Below are positions 34,780 to 44,406 of a stretch of DNA of 64,000 nucleotides, piece by piece. The translations under genes and the position numbers were made by a program. The stretch covers positions 112,684 to 176,683 of the forward strand of contig CAKQQS010000002.1 of the NCBI GenBank assembly GCA_934271255.1, in the 5' to 3' direction. Position 1 is the stretch's first letter. Each line of letters opens with the position of its first letter. Below the pieces are notes generated by a model. It searched no databases and was not told the DNA's origin. It saw nothing but the letters and a program-made list of their open reading frames with translations. The DNA comes from an uncultured Clostridia bacterium (lineage in GTDB: Bacteria; Bacillota; Clostridia; Christensenellales; Borkfalkiaceae).

Positions 34780-36339
34780 TTATTGAGTTAACTTACAATC
34801 TTCTATCGTGCAAACGAGATTTTCGTCTTTACGATGCGTATCGTACCATATTTGCGCGATAAACGGCGAATGTTTTGCGATTTCGTCGTACCGCCACGGC
34901 GCGGGAACTTCATTATAACTCCAATGTCCTGCTTTCAATACGGTATAAGGAGTAGCGGTAAACTCGTTGCCTTCGTAATCTTTCCATTTAAGCGGCGTGT
35001 ATAAATCGCCTTTTTTCATATATTGCGACAAACACGCTCCGCCTCTGAAAATAGCGACGTTTTTCATATCTGTAATATCAAGTTCCGAATCGGGCTTTGT
35101 TTCGTCGTAGCCGTGGTTAAGCAGCAACCCCTTTTCTTTAACTTTCGTTATATCGCGTAAATCGTCGTAGTCTATTTTCGTACCGTCGGGAAGTTTGCCG
35201 TCCCGTAAAAGATTAAAGTCCTTCCATTCGGCGGGTATTTTATTGAATGCTTCGATACCGCCGTAAAACGCGTTTATTCTCCCGACGTTGTTTTCGTTAA
35301 CCCAACGAATCGGCGCGTTCGGCGAACCGTAACATTTTTGAATAATCGCCTTTTTTATAATCTTTTTAAAAGGCTTGCCTAATTTATAGTACCAAAGTTT
35401 TTTTCCGAGTCTTTGAAAAAACTCGTCGAAACTTTCGTATCTGAAATCAAGGTAATCGTTAAGTACGTCGCTGTCGTAAAACCACATACAATGGAAGTTC
35501 CGTGATATGTCGTCGTGCGGTTCGTATAAATCTTTAACGGACGCGCCCATCAATTTAAAACCGTTGTCGACCGTGTCGAATCCGGTAACTCTGCTAGACG
35601 CGCCGTTGCCTATATTATAGCATTTTTTCCAAAAGGATTCGGGTAAAGTACCGTTATTATCTTTTTCTAGCAAATTACTAAGTAAAATAGCACTAGTTAT
35701 GTCTGTCGACCACTCGATGGGGCAGTTCCAGACGGTATGGAACATAAGTCCGTCCGTACGGTTGTCCAGCAGTTTATCGTACAGTATTCCCGATTGACGA
35801 AGAGATACCCAAGTTTTAATTTTACTGTCTAATACGTATCTTTCCGCTTTGACCTTGCTTGCGCCGTATACGTCGTAATAGGATGGAACGAGCGGATCGC
35901 CCACTCTTCCCCACGGGTGATGATAATCCCTAAATCCGTATTCGGCGACGGTGCCGATATTTACGAATTTGGTTTTATCGTTTAACCCGACATCGTTTAT
36001 CGCGTCGACCAAACATTTAGTGCCTTCAAAATTAGTTTTATAAGTTAAAGCGGCGTCGTAATCGGATTTTGGCGGAATAATTGCTGCCATATGTAAAACG
36101 TAGTCGGCGCCCGAAACAGCCTTTTTCGCGGCGGAATAGTCGTAAACGTTGCCGAATACTATTCTTAAATCAACACCGTTTTTTCGGGCGAGTTTATCGT
36201 ATTTCGTTATAAACCTCAAGTTTTTTTTGCTTCTGCGTAAAAACAGCGTTAAATCGTAATTTTTCGTTTCGATAACGCTGTTTAAAACCCTTTCGCCCAT
36301 ATGTCCGGTCGCGCCGGTAATCAATACTCTTTTTTTCAT
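34780..36339 (-). CDS. Extended-SDR NAD(P)-binding protein with an uncharacterised C-terminal region of about 250 aa
   Basis: Rossmann motif ITGATGHMG and catalytic YGASK (YxxxK). No motif recognised in the C-terminal half. Confidence 0.6.
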   Translation of the reverse strand: MKKRVLITGATGHMGERVLNSVIETKNYDLTLFLRRSKKNLRFITKYDKLARKNGVDLRIVFGNVYDYSAAKKAVSGADYVLHMAAIIPPKSDYDAALTYKTNFEGTKCLVDAINDVGLNDKTKFVNIGTVAEYGFRDYHHPWGRVGDPLVPSYYDVYGASKVKAERYVLDSKIKTWVSLRQSGILYDKLLDNRTDGLMFHTVWNCPIEWSTDITSAILLSNLLEKDNNGTLPESFWKKCYNIGNGASSRVTGFDTVDNGFKLMGASVKDLYEPHDDISRNFHCMWFYDSDVLNDYLDFRYESFDEFFQRLGKKLWYYKLGKPFKKIIKKAIIQKCYGSPNAPIRWVNENNVGRINAFYGGIEAFNKIPAEWKDFNLLRDGKLPDGTKIDYDDLRDITKVKEKGLLLNHGYDETKPDSELDITDMKNVAIFRGGACLSQYMKKGDLYTPLKWKDYEGNEFTATPYTVLKAGHWSYNEVPAPWRYDEIAKHSPFIAQIWYDTHRKDENLVCTIEDCKLTQ

Positions 36340-37232
36340 AAATCGCAGTTGGTAATAAAGTTGTGAATAAACGCGAACGTTTCGGCTTTATTATATTCGT
36401 TCAGTATTTCGTGTCTCCCGTTTGAAACGAGCATAAGCGTCGCCTTATTACCGTTTTTCTTGTATCTCTTATACAATTTTTTAACGAGTTTTCCCGAACC
36501 GCCTACGGGATCGTCTGCCCCTGCGATAATCAAAATCGGTAGATTTTTGTTGGATATTTCCCATTTTCCTTTCGCTATGCCGACTAATCCTTTAAAAAAG
36601 TCGCGATAAAAGCCGTAGCTACACGTAAAACCGCATAATTCGTCGTTGTTAAACGCTTCGACGTTTTGTTTGTTGTAAGAAAGCCAAGCGTTTTTACCTT
36701 CTTTTAGTTTCTTATCGTAAGAATTGAAAGTAACGTCTGCAAAGAACGTACCTTCGTTATTTTTTTGTTTTTTGCATTTTTTTCTGGCAACTCTATACCC
36801 GAAAGATGCGATCGGTTTAGACATCAACGCCGAGCCGCACAAAATCGCCCCTGCTATTTTATCGCTGGAACACATAAGGTAGTTTTGAGTGATAAACGAG
36901 CCGTAACTATGCCCGAAAACATAAACGGGTAAACTGTATTTATTTATCAGATAATCCGTTAAATCGAGTTCGTCGCGCAAGGTGTCTTTAAACAAATCGC
37001 CGTCAAGGGCGATTCCCAAGTTGTCTTTATCCGTTAAGCCGTGTCCCCTATGGTCGTCGCCGACGACGATATATCCTTTTGAATTAAGGTATTCGGCAAA
37101 TTCGTCGTATCTTGCGACGTGTTCGCACATTCCGTGAATAATTTGCACTAATCCTTTCGGTTCGGCTACATCTTCCCAAACAGCCAAGTTTATTTCTTTG
37201 CCGTCTCTGGCAGTGAACTTTTCGTATTTCAT
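36336..37232 (-). CDS. Alpha/beta hydrolase (lysophospholipase/monoacylglycerol-lipase-like)
   Basis: HG oxyanion motif (IIHGMCEH) and nucleophile elbow GHSYGS. The start is set at ATG 37232 after AGGAG. Its stop overlaps the SDR start as ATGA. Confidence 0.7.
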   Translation of the reverse strand: MKYEKFTARDGKEINLAVWEDVAEPKGLVQIIHGMCEHVARYDEFAEYLNSKGYIVVGDDHRGHGLTDKDNLGIALDGDLFKDTLRDELDLTDYLINKYSLPVYVFGHSYGSFITQNYLMCSSDKIAGAILCGSALMSKPIASFGYRVARKKCKKQKNNEGTFFADVTFNSYDKKLKEGKNAWLSYNKQNVEAFNNDELCGFTCSYGFYRDFFKGLVGIAKGKWEISNKNLPILIIAGADDPVGGSGKLVKKLYKRYKKNGNKATLMLVSNGRHEILNEYNKAETFAFIHNFITNCDL

Positions 37233-37304
37233 GTCAATTACTCCTAAAAACAAGTAAGATACCATTATTCTAGCATATTTGTTTACTTTAATCAAGTAAA
37301 AAAT

Positions 37305-37333
37305 AAAAAAACGCTTTTTTCAAAGCGTTTTTT
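37305..37333 (-). terminator. Intrinsic terminator after pckG
   Basis: Stem AAACGCTTT/AAAGCGTTT, flanked by A/T runs. Confidence 0.7.
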
Positions 37334-37351
37334 ATCATATTGTTTTAAGTT

Positions 37352-39091
37352 TTATTTAACGTTGTTTTTAAGAATGTCTAATTGTTCTTTCAATTCGACG
37401 GGTAATTTATCGCCGAATCTTGCGTAATGTTCTTCGATGGATTTCGCTTCCGCATTCCAAAGCGTTTTATCAACGGTGAGAAGTTTGTCGAGATCGGCGT
37501 CGGAAACGTTCGTTCCCGTAATGTCGATATCTTCTTTTTTGGGCATTTTGCCGATAGGCGTTTCAACTGCGTCGACTTCGTTTTCACATCTGTCGATAAT
37601 CCAGTCGAGAACTCTCATATTGTCGCCGAATCCCGGCCAAACGAATCTTCCGTCGTCTTTCATGAACCAGTTTACGTTGAAAATCTTGGGTTGATGTTTG
37701 ATGAGTTTACCCATATCGATCCAGTGCTTGAAATAGTCGCCCATATTGTAACCGCAGAACGGGAGCATTGCGAACGGATCTCTACGTAAAACGCCTACTT
37801 GACCGGTAGTTGCAGCCGTCGTATTGCTTGCCATTATGCTTGCCATAAATACGCCGTGATCCCAGTTTCTCGCTTCATAAACCAAAGGAACGGTGTCGTT
37901 ACGTCTTCCGCCGAAGATAATCGCGCTGATTTTTACGCCGTTAGGATTATCGAATTCGGGCGATAAGCACGGACAGTTTACGACGGGAGCGGTAAATCTC
38001 GAATTAGGATGCGCCGCTTTCGTTTCGCTGTCTTTCGTCCAAGGATTGCCGAGCCAGTCTATGAGTTCGTCGGGCGTATCTTCCATACCTTCCCACCAAA
38101 CGGTATTATCTTTCGGGTTTAAAGCAACGTTGGTGAACAACGAGTTCTTTTGGCAAGAAAGCATAGCGTTACGGTTGGTTTTCATGTTTGTGCCGGGCGC
38201 AACGCCGAAGAAACCGTTTTCGGGGTTAACCGCATATAAATATCCGTCGGGACCGACTTTAAGCCAAGCAATATCGTCGCCGACCGTTTCTACTTTATAG
38301 CCTTTCTTAACGTATCCTTCGGGAGGAATCAACATTGCGAGGTTGGTTTTTCCGCAAGCCGACGGGAACGCCGCAGTCATATAATATTTTTTGCCGTCCG
38401 GACGTGTAATGCCTAAAATAAGCATGTGTTCGGCAAGCCAGTTTTCTTTTCTTGCAAGGTTAGACGCTATTCTTAAAGCAAAACATTTTTTACCGAGCAA
38501 AACGTTTCCGCCGTAACCGGAGTTAACAGACCAAATCGTGTTGTCTTCGGGGAAATGGCATATATAACGCTTTTCCGCATCCAAAGTCCCTTTCGTATGG
38601 ATTCCCCTAACGAAATCGTCGCCCATAACGTCGAGAACGTGTTTGCCGACTCTCGTCATTATGTTCATGCTGATAACGACGTAAATGCTGTCGGTAACTT
38701 CGATACCGAGTTTAGCGAACGGACTGTCGGGATTAGCCATCGAATAAGGAATAACGTACATAGTTCTTCCTTTCATCGCGCCGCGAGAAATATCTTTTAA
38801 CAACGTATACGCGTCGTCGGGAGCCATCCAGTTGTTGGTTATACCCGCGTCTTCTTTTTCTTTGCAGCAAATAAACGTTCTTCCTTCGACTCTTGCGACG
38901 TCGTTCGGAGCCGAACGGTGCAAATAGCAGCCCGGCAATTTTTCTTGGTTGAGTTCAATGAACTCGCCGGTCGATAAAGCCGTCTTGGTTAGTTCGTCAA
39001 GTTGAGCCTTGCTTCCGTCAATATAAACGACTTTGTCGGGACACATAAGTTCCGCGCATTCGTTTACGAATTTTTCAACGCTTTTTAACAT
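37352..39091 (-). CDS. pckG: Phosphoenolpyruvate carboxykinase (GTP)
   Basis: FPSACGKTN P-loop and overall GTP-PEPCK sequence. The start is at ATG 39091 after GGAGG. Confidence 0.9.
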   Translation of the reverse strand: MLKSVEKFVNECAELMCPDKVVYIDGSKAQLDELTKTALSTGEFIELNQEKLPGCYLHRSAPNDVARVEGRTFICCKEKEDAGITNNWMAPDDAYTLLKDISRGAMKGRTMYVIPYSMANPDSPFAKLGIEVTDSIYVVISMNIMTRVGKHVLDVMGDDFVRGIHTKGTLDAEKRYICHFPEDNTIWSVNSGYGGNVLLGKKCFALRIASNLARKENWLAEHMLILGITRPDGKKYYMTAAFPSACGKTNLAMLIPPEGYVKKGYKVETVGDDIAWLKVGPDGYLYAVNPENGFFGVAPGTNMKTNRNAMLSCQKNSLFTNVALNPKDNTVWWEGMEDTPDELIDWLGNPWTKDSETKAAHPNSRFTAPVVNCPCLSPEFDNPNGVKISAIIFGGRRNDTVPLVYEARNWDHGVFMASIMASNTTAATTGQVGVLRRDPFAMLPFCGYNMGDYFKHWIDMGKLIKHQPKIFNVNWFMKDDGRFVWPGFGDNMRVLDWIIDRCENEVDAVETPIGKMPKKEDIDITGTNVSDADLDKLLTVDKTLWNAEAKSIEEHYARFGDKLPVELKEQLDILKNNVK

Positions 39092-39223
39092 AATAATTCC
39101 TCCGTAATTTAAACGTGTTTGCACACATTATAGCAATATCTTGTTATATTTTCAATCTTTATATCACAATATATACTCTTTTTAATAAAAATATTTTTTT
39201 TGATTTTTTTGCGACTAATTCGT

Positions 39224-39252
39224 TTGACATTTGACAAATATAGTATTAAAAT
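39224..39252 (+). promoter_or_regulatory. Candidate sigma-A promoter of the decarboxylase operon
   Basis: TTGACA (39224..39229), 17 nt, TAAAAT (39247..39252). A second TTGACA lies at 39231. An alternative promoter is TTTGAA-16-TATAAT at 39274..39301. Confidence 0.45.
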
Positions 39253-39466
39253 AGTATTTGTCTAAAATTTGGGTTTGAATTTTAGGCATTCTTTTTATAA
39301 TCGAAAATCTTTTCGGCAAGTATAAAATAATCTCGGTATAACCCCTGTTGTTTCAAACGGTTTACTACGGTTATTTTATGATTTTCAGGTTGATTCGGGT
39401 TATAAAAAGTCGCAATATCTGAAAAATATTTATAAACATATTTATATATTATCGGGAGACAATGCT

Positions 39467-40849
39467 ATGAAAAAAGTACAATTTACCGAAACGGTTTTAA
39501 GAGATGCAAATCAATCTCTTATCGCTACCAGATTACCCGCTTCAAAGTTCGTCGATATTTTGGACACGATGAACAAAGCGGGGTATTATTCGATAGAATG
39601 TTGGGGCGGAGCCACGTTTGACTCTTGTTACAGATTCTTGAACGAAGATCCGTGGGAAAGGTTGAGAATATTAAAATCGCACCTTCCCGACACGAAACTT
39701 CAAATGCTTTTAAGGGGACAAAACCTTTTAGGGTACAAACACTACCCCGACGACGTCGTAAGAAAGTTCGTTCAGAAATCTATCGAAAACGGTATTGACG
39801 TTATCAGAACGTTCGACGCGTTGAACGATACGAGAAACGTTCAGGTCGCAATCGAAGAAACGGTTAAAAACGGCGCGATTGCTTCGGGCGCGATTTCTTA
39901 TACGACGAGCCCCGTTCATACTCTTAAAAACTTCGTAAACGTTGCGAAAGAAATGAAAAAAATGGGCGCGTCCACTATCTGCATAAAAGATATGGCGGGC
40001 GTTATGGGACCGCAAGAAGCGTCGGACCTTGTAAAAGCATTGAAAGACGGAGTAGATCTTCCCGTAATTTTGCACACCCACTGCACGACAGGCCTTGCGT
40101 ATATGACTTATCTTAAAGCGGTAGAAGCAGGTTGCGACGTTATCGATACGGCGACGTCTTGTTTCTCGGGCGGTACTTCTCAGCCCGCAACCGAAACGTT
40201 GGTACACGCGTTTAAACAACTCGGTTACGAAGTCGACCTTGACCAAAAAGCAATTAAAGAAGTCAACGATTTCTTTAAACCTATAAGAGACGAATATCTT
40301 AAAGACGGAACCCTTATGCCGAAATCTTTGCTTACGGATACAGACGCGCTTAACTACAAAGTGCCAGGCGGAATGCTTTCCAACTTGTTCTCGCAATTAA
40401 AACAATTAAACGCTCTTGACAGACTCGACGAAGTTTTGGCGGAAGTTCCCAACGTAAGAAAAGATTTGGGTTATCCCCCGTTGGTTACTCCTATGAGTCA
40501 GATGGTAGGCGTTCAAGCGACGCAAAACGTTTTGTTCGGTAAATATAAAAACGTCGGTAAAGAAGTAAAAGCGTATTTACACGGCGAGTACGGTAAGGCG
40601 CCGGGAGAAGTCAACGAAGAACTTCGCAAACAAGTTTTAGGCGATACCCCCGTCATCACCGAAAGATTCGCAAATACGCTCGAACCCGAATTTGAAAAGA
40701 CGAAAGCGGAACTCGGCGATAAAGTTTCGAGCGATGAAGAAGTTCTTTCGTATATTCTCTTTCCGCAAGTCGTCGGCGATTATTTTGCGAAAAAGCAAGA
40801 AGAACGCGAAAGAAAAGTTTCGTATACGATTGAAAAGGTGGAAGATTGA
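39467..40849 (+). CDS. Oxaloacetate decarboxylase alpha-type carboxyltransferase subunit (no biotinyl domain)
   Basis: HMGL-like/PYC_OADA sequence (TETVLRDANQS, CIKDMAG, HTHCTTG). It ends at 460 aa with no AMKM motif. Confidence 0.85.
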   Translation: MKKVQFTETVLRDANQSLIATRLPASKFVDILDTMNKAGYYSIECWGGATFDSCYRFLNEDPWERLRILKSHLPDTKLQMLLRGQNLLGYKHYPDDVVRKFVQKSIENGIDVIRTFDALNDTRNVQVAIEETVKNGAIASGAISYTTSPVHTLKNFVNVAKEMKKMGASTICIKDMAGVMGPQEASDLVKALKDGVDLPVILHTHCTTGLAYMTYLKAVEAGCDVIDTATSCFSGGTSQPATETLVHAFKQLGYEVDLDQKAIKEVNDFFKPIRDEYLKDGTLMPKSLLTDTDALNYKVPGGMLSNLFSQLKQLNALDRLDEVLAEVPNVRKDLGYPPLVTPMSQMVGVQATQNVLFGKYKNVGKEVKAYLHGEYGKAPGEVNEELRKQVLGDTPVITERFANTLEPEFEKTKAELGDKVSSDEEVLSYILFPQVVGDYFAKKQEERERKVSYTIEKVED

Positions 40850-40850
40850 T

Positions 40851-41294
40851 ATGAATAAACAAAAACTCAAAAAATTAGCGCCTGTATTCGTGGCTATCGG
40901 CGGAGTTCTTGCGATGGCGGGAATTATCGTCGCGTACCTGCTCACCAACAAACAAAAAGACGGCGCAGGCGTTACGAATTTTCTTATTACCGATACTTTG
41001 CTTTACGCCCTTATCGGTTTTGCGTTGACAATCGTCGTTTTAATGTTCTTGTGGGGATTTATTGAACTTTTAAAATACGTTTTATCCGCTTGCGAAAAAA
41101 TCAAAAAGCCCGAAACGATCCCCGCGCAAGATACCGTAAACGATTTAGCGCCCGGTTCTAGCGGGAAAATCAAAACGAACGGCGTACCCGACAAAGACGT
41201 TGCCATGATTATGGCTATCGTCGCCGACGAACTTCAAACACCGCTTAACGAATTGAAGTTCATATCAGTAAAAGAAATAAAGGAAGATAAATGA
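40851..41294 (+). CDS. OadG-like small membrane subunit of the Na+-pumping decarboxylase
   Basis: 147 aa with two predicted TM segments (LAPVFVAIGGVLAMAGIIVAYLL and ALIGFALTIVVLMFLWGFI) and a C-terminal VAMIMAIVADEL motif. The ATG at 40851 lies directly after the alpha stop. Confidence 0.6.
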   Translation: MNKQKLKKLAPVFVAIGGVLAMAGIIVAYLLTNKQKDGAGVTNFLITDTLLYALIGFALTIVVLMFLWGFIELLKYVLSACEKIKKPETIPAQDTVNDLAPGSSGKIKTNGVPDKDVAMIMAIVADELQTPLNELKFISVKEIKEDK

Positions 41295-41677
41295 TTATGA
41301 AATATAAAGTTAAATTAAACGGTAAAATATACGAAGTAGAAGTCGAAAAAGGAAATGCGGAACTTTTGAGCGAATACGACGCGATTTCCGCGCCCGCTAC
41401 GCAATCCGTAGCGCAGACGACAGCGTCCGCTACGACGACAGCACCCGCTCCGCAAGCAGGTTCGGGCAATGCGATAACGTCCCCCCTGCCCGGAACGATT
41501 GTCGATTTTAAAATCTCGGTCGGTTCAAAGGTTAAGAAAGGCGATCTCGTCGTAATTATCGAAGCGATGAAAATGGAAAACGAAGTAACCGCGCCCAAAG
41601 ACGGCACCGTTACCGCGATTTTGGTTAGCAAAGGCGCGAAAGTCGAACAAGGTACGCCCATTTACGAATTGAATTGA
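41291..41677 (+). CDS. Biotin carboxyl carrier subunit
   Basis: Biotinylation motif EAMKMENE and an Ala/Pro/Thr linker. ATGA overlap with the upstream gene. Confidence 0.85.
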   Translation: MIMKYKVKLNGKIYEVEVEKGNAELLSEYDAISAPATQSVAQTTASATTTAPAPQAGSGNAITSPLPGTIVDFKISVGSKVKKGDLVVIIEAMKMENEVTAPKDGTVTAILVSKGAKVEQGTPIYELN

Positions 41678-41684
41678 GGTTGAC

Positions 41685-42848
41685 ATGAATATAGCAGAAA
41701 TATTTAAAAACTTGTTCGATCAATCGAGTTTTTCGCAATTTCCGTGGCAAAACGCCGTAATGATTCTTATAGCGTTATTCTTTTTGTTTCTGGGAATCAA
41801 GAAAAAGTTTGAACCGCTTTTGTTGGTGGGTATCGCGTTCGGCATGCTTTTGACAAACCTTCCCGGCGCGGAAGTATATCACAGCGATTTATGGACGTCG
41901 AGTTCTATCGATTACGGTAAAGTTATGAAGGAAGGCGGACTTCTCGATATACTTTATATAGGAGTTAAGACAAGCGTTTACCCCTGTTTAATATTTATGG
42001 GTGTAGGCGCAATGACAGATTTCGGACCGATGCTTGCTAACCCCAAGTCTTTGATTTTGGGCGCGGCGGCGCAACTCGGTATTTATCTTGCCTTGATTTT
42101 AGGCGTTGCGATAGGATTTTCCGGCAACCTTGCGGCGGCGGTAGCGATTATAGGCGGCGCGGACGGTCCTACGGCTATTTACGTTACGAAAACATTGGCT
42201 CCCGAATCGTTAGGTCCCATTGCTATCGCGGCGTATTCTTATATGGCTCTTATACCCTTGATTCAACCCCCTATCATGCGTTTGTTAACGACTAAAAAAG
42301 AACGTATGATTAAAATGGAAGCCCCCAAACAAGTTTCCAAAACGGTTAAAATCATTTTTCCGATTGCAGTTACCATCATAACGGCTTTGTTATTGCCGTC
42401 CGTAGCGCCTTTGCTCGGCTGCTTGATGCTAGGCAACTTGTTTAAAGAATCTGGCGTTACCGAAAGACTTTCAAATACCGCTCAAAACGGGTTAATGAAC
42501 ACCGTAACGATTTTATTAGGTATTTCCGTCGGCGCGACTGCGCAAGCGGGAGTATTCTTAAAACTCGAAACGCTTGCGATAATCGCGCTCGGTCTTTTGG
42601 CGTTCGTTTTCGCGACGGCGGGCGGAGTTTTGTTCGGCAAACTCATGTGCTGGATCACGAAAGGAAAAATCAACCCCCTTATCGGTTCGGCAGGCGTTTC
42701 CGCCGTTCCTATGGCAGCGAGAGTTTCCGAAGTAGAAGGCAGAAAATACGATCCCGACAACCATCTTTTGATGCACGCAATGGGACCGAACGTAGCGGGA
42801 GTTATCGGCTCTGCCGTTGCCGCAGGTTTCTTGCTTTCGTTGTTTTGA
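41685..42848 (+). CDS. Na+-translocating decarboxylase beta subunit
   Basis: Polytopic OadB/GcdB/MmdB-like sequence (IIGGADGPTAIY, GSAGVSAVPMAARV). Confidence 0.9.
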   Translation: MNIAEIFKNLFDQSSFSQFPWQNAVMILIALFFLFLGIKKKFEPLLLVGIAFGMLLTNLPGAEVYHSDLWTSSSIDYGKVMKEGGLLDILYIGVKTSVYPCLIFMGVGAMTDFGPMLANPKSLILGAAAQLGIYLALILGVAIGFSGNLAAAVAIIGGADGPTAIYVTKTLAPESLGPIAIAAYSYMALIPLIQPPIMRLLTTKKERMIKMEAPKQVSKTVKIIFPIAVTIITALLLPSVAPLLGCLMLGNLFKESGVTERLSNTAQNGLMNTVTILLGISVGATAQAGVFLKLETLAIIALGLLAFVFATAGGVLFGKLMCWITKGKINPLIGSAGVSAVPMAARVSEVEGRKYDPDNHLLMHAMGPNVAGVIGSAVAAGFLLSLF

Positions 42849-42858
42849 TATTTAAACG

Positions 42859-42888
42859 CAAAAAACACCCTTCGGGGTGTTTTTTCTT
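42859..42888. terminator. Bidirectional terminator shared by the decarboxylase operon and sigG
   Basis: Stem ACACCC/GGGTGT with a TTCG loop, flanked by A5 and T6. Confidence 0.8.
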
Positions 42889-43659
42889 TTATTCCATATA
42901 CTTTTTTATCGACAGTAACGCGCCTTTTTCTATTCTGCTGACCTGCGCTTGCGATATTCCGACTTCTTCGCTTATTTCCGTTTGAGTTTTTCCTTCGTAA
43001 TACCGTAGTCGGATTATTCTTTTTTCTCTATCGTCGAGTCGTTGCATTGCGTTATCCATAGCGACTTTTTCAAGCCATTTTTCGTCGTTGTTTCTTTCGT
43101 CGCAAATCTTGTCCATGAGCATAAACCCTTCTTCGCCGTTATACACGGGATCGTACAACGAAACGGTGTCGCTTATAGCGTCGAGCGCGTAAACCACGTC
43201 GCTTACGGCGACGTTCATATACCCCGCTATTTCGTCTACGCTTGCGCATTTCGTTTTGTCTTTTTCAAGCAACTCTCTCGTTTTTAAAACCTGATACGCC
43301 GTATCGCGTATACTTCTCGATACTCTCAAAGAATTGCCGTCGCGTAAAAATCGTTTGATTTCGCCTAATATCATCGGGACGGCGTAGGTTGAAAACTTAA
43401 CGCCGACGCTCGTGTCGAAATTGTCAATCGCTTTAATAAGCCCTATGCACCCCGCTTGAAAAATATCGTCGGCGTTCGCTTTTTTCGCCCAAAATCTTTT
43501 GACTAACGAAAGCACCAAACGAGTGTTGGACACTATAAACTTTCTTCTGGCAAGTTTGTCCCCTTGCTTGATTCGGTTTAATAAAATCATACTTTCGTCA
43601 TCCGTCAGTACGGGTAAATCGGAAGTATTTACTCCGCATATCATAACTTTTTGATTCAT
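42889..43659 (-). CDS. sigG: RNA polymerase sporulation sigma factor G
   Basis: ICGVNTSDLPVL..., KFSTYAVPMILGEIKRFLRD. Located downstream of sigE. Confidence 0.9.
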   Translation of the reverse strand: MNQKVMICGVNTSDLPVLTDDESMILLNRIKQGDKLARRKFIVSNTRLVLSLVKRFWAKKANADDIFQAGCIGLIKAIDNFDTSVGVKFSTYAVPMILGEIKRFLRDGNSLRVSRSIRDTAYQVLKTRELLEKDKTKCASVDEIAGYMNVAVSDVVYALDAISDTVSLYDPVYNGEEGFMLMDKICDERNNDEKWLEKVAMDNAMQRLDDREKRIIRLRYYEGKTQTEISEEVGISQAQVSRIEKGALLSIKKYME

Positions 43660-43689
43660 ATATACCTCCTGTTATGTATGCGGCGTTTT

Positions 43690-44403
43690 TCAAGACATTT
43701 TTACAAACTCTCTCCTTAATTTTTTGATTATTTTCTTTTCGAGCCTTGATATGTAAGATTGAGAAATACCGAGCGAATCGGCAACTTCTTTTTGCGTTTT
43801 TTCTTTGTTACCGTCAAGTCCGAATCTCATATTCATAATTTCCAACTCTCTCGGATTAAGCGTCTTTATGGCGGTTTTCAGTAAATCCGTTTCGACGCTT
43901 GCTTCTATATCGGCGTAAACCATATCGGTATCCGTACCTAATACGTCTGACAATAACAGTTGATTGCCGTCGCAGTCGGTGTTTAACGGTTCGTCAAAAG
44001 AAATCTCGTTTTTTTGTCGCACCACACGTCTTAAATACATCAAAATCTCGTTTTCGATACATCTGGAAGCGTACGTTGCGAGTTTTATCTTTTTATCCGA
44101 ATTAAACGATTTTACGGCTTTGATAAGCCCTATCGTACCGACTGAAATCAAGTCGTCTGCGTCAACTCCCGAATTGTCGAACTTTTTAGCAATGTAAACT
44201 ACCAAACGAAGATTGTGTTCGATAAGTTTATCTTTCATTTTATCGTCGCCGTTAAGCATACCTGCGACTGCTTCGTCTTCTTCTTCCTTGGTAAGCGGCG
44301 ACGGCAGTACGTCGTTTTTGCATAAATAATCTACTCGATTTTCACCGAAAAACAATTCTAAAATCTTTTGTTTGATTTTGTCGAATAATTTCATTTTTCT
44401 CAC
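43690..44403 (-). CDS. sigE: RNA polymerase sporulation sigma factor E (pro-sigma-E)
   Basis: Pro-sequence plus [15 protein letters not shown] and [20 protein letters not shown]. Confidence 0.9.
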   Translation of the reverse strand: MRKMKLFDKIKQKILELFFGENRVDYLCKNDVLPSPLTKEEEDEAVAGMLNGDDKMKDKLIEHNLRLVVYIAKKFDNSGVDADDLISVGTIGLIKAVKSFNSDKKIKLATYASRCIENEILMYLRRVVRQKNEISFDEPLNTDCDGNQLLLSDVLGTDTDMVYADIEASVETDLLKTAIKTLNPRELEIMNMRFGLDGNKEKTQKEVADSLGISQSYISRLEKKIIKKLRREFVKMS

Positions 44404-44406
44404 CTC

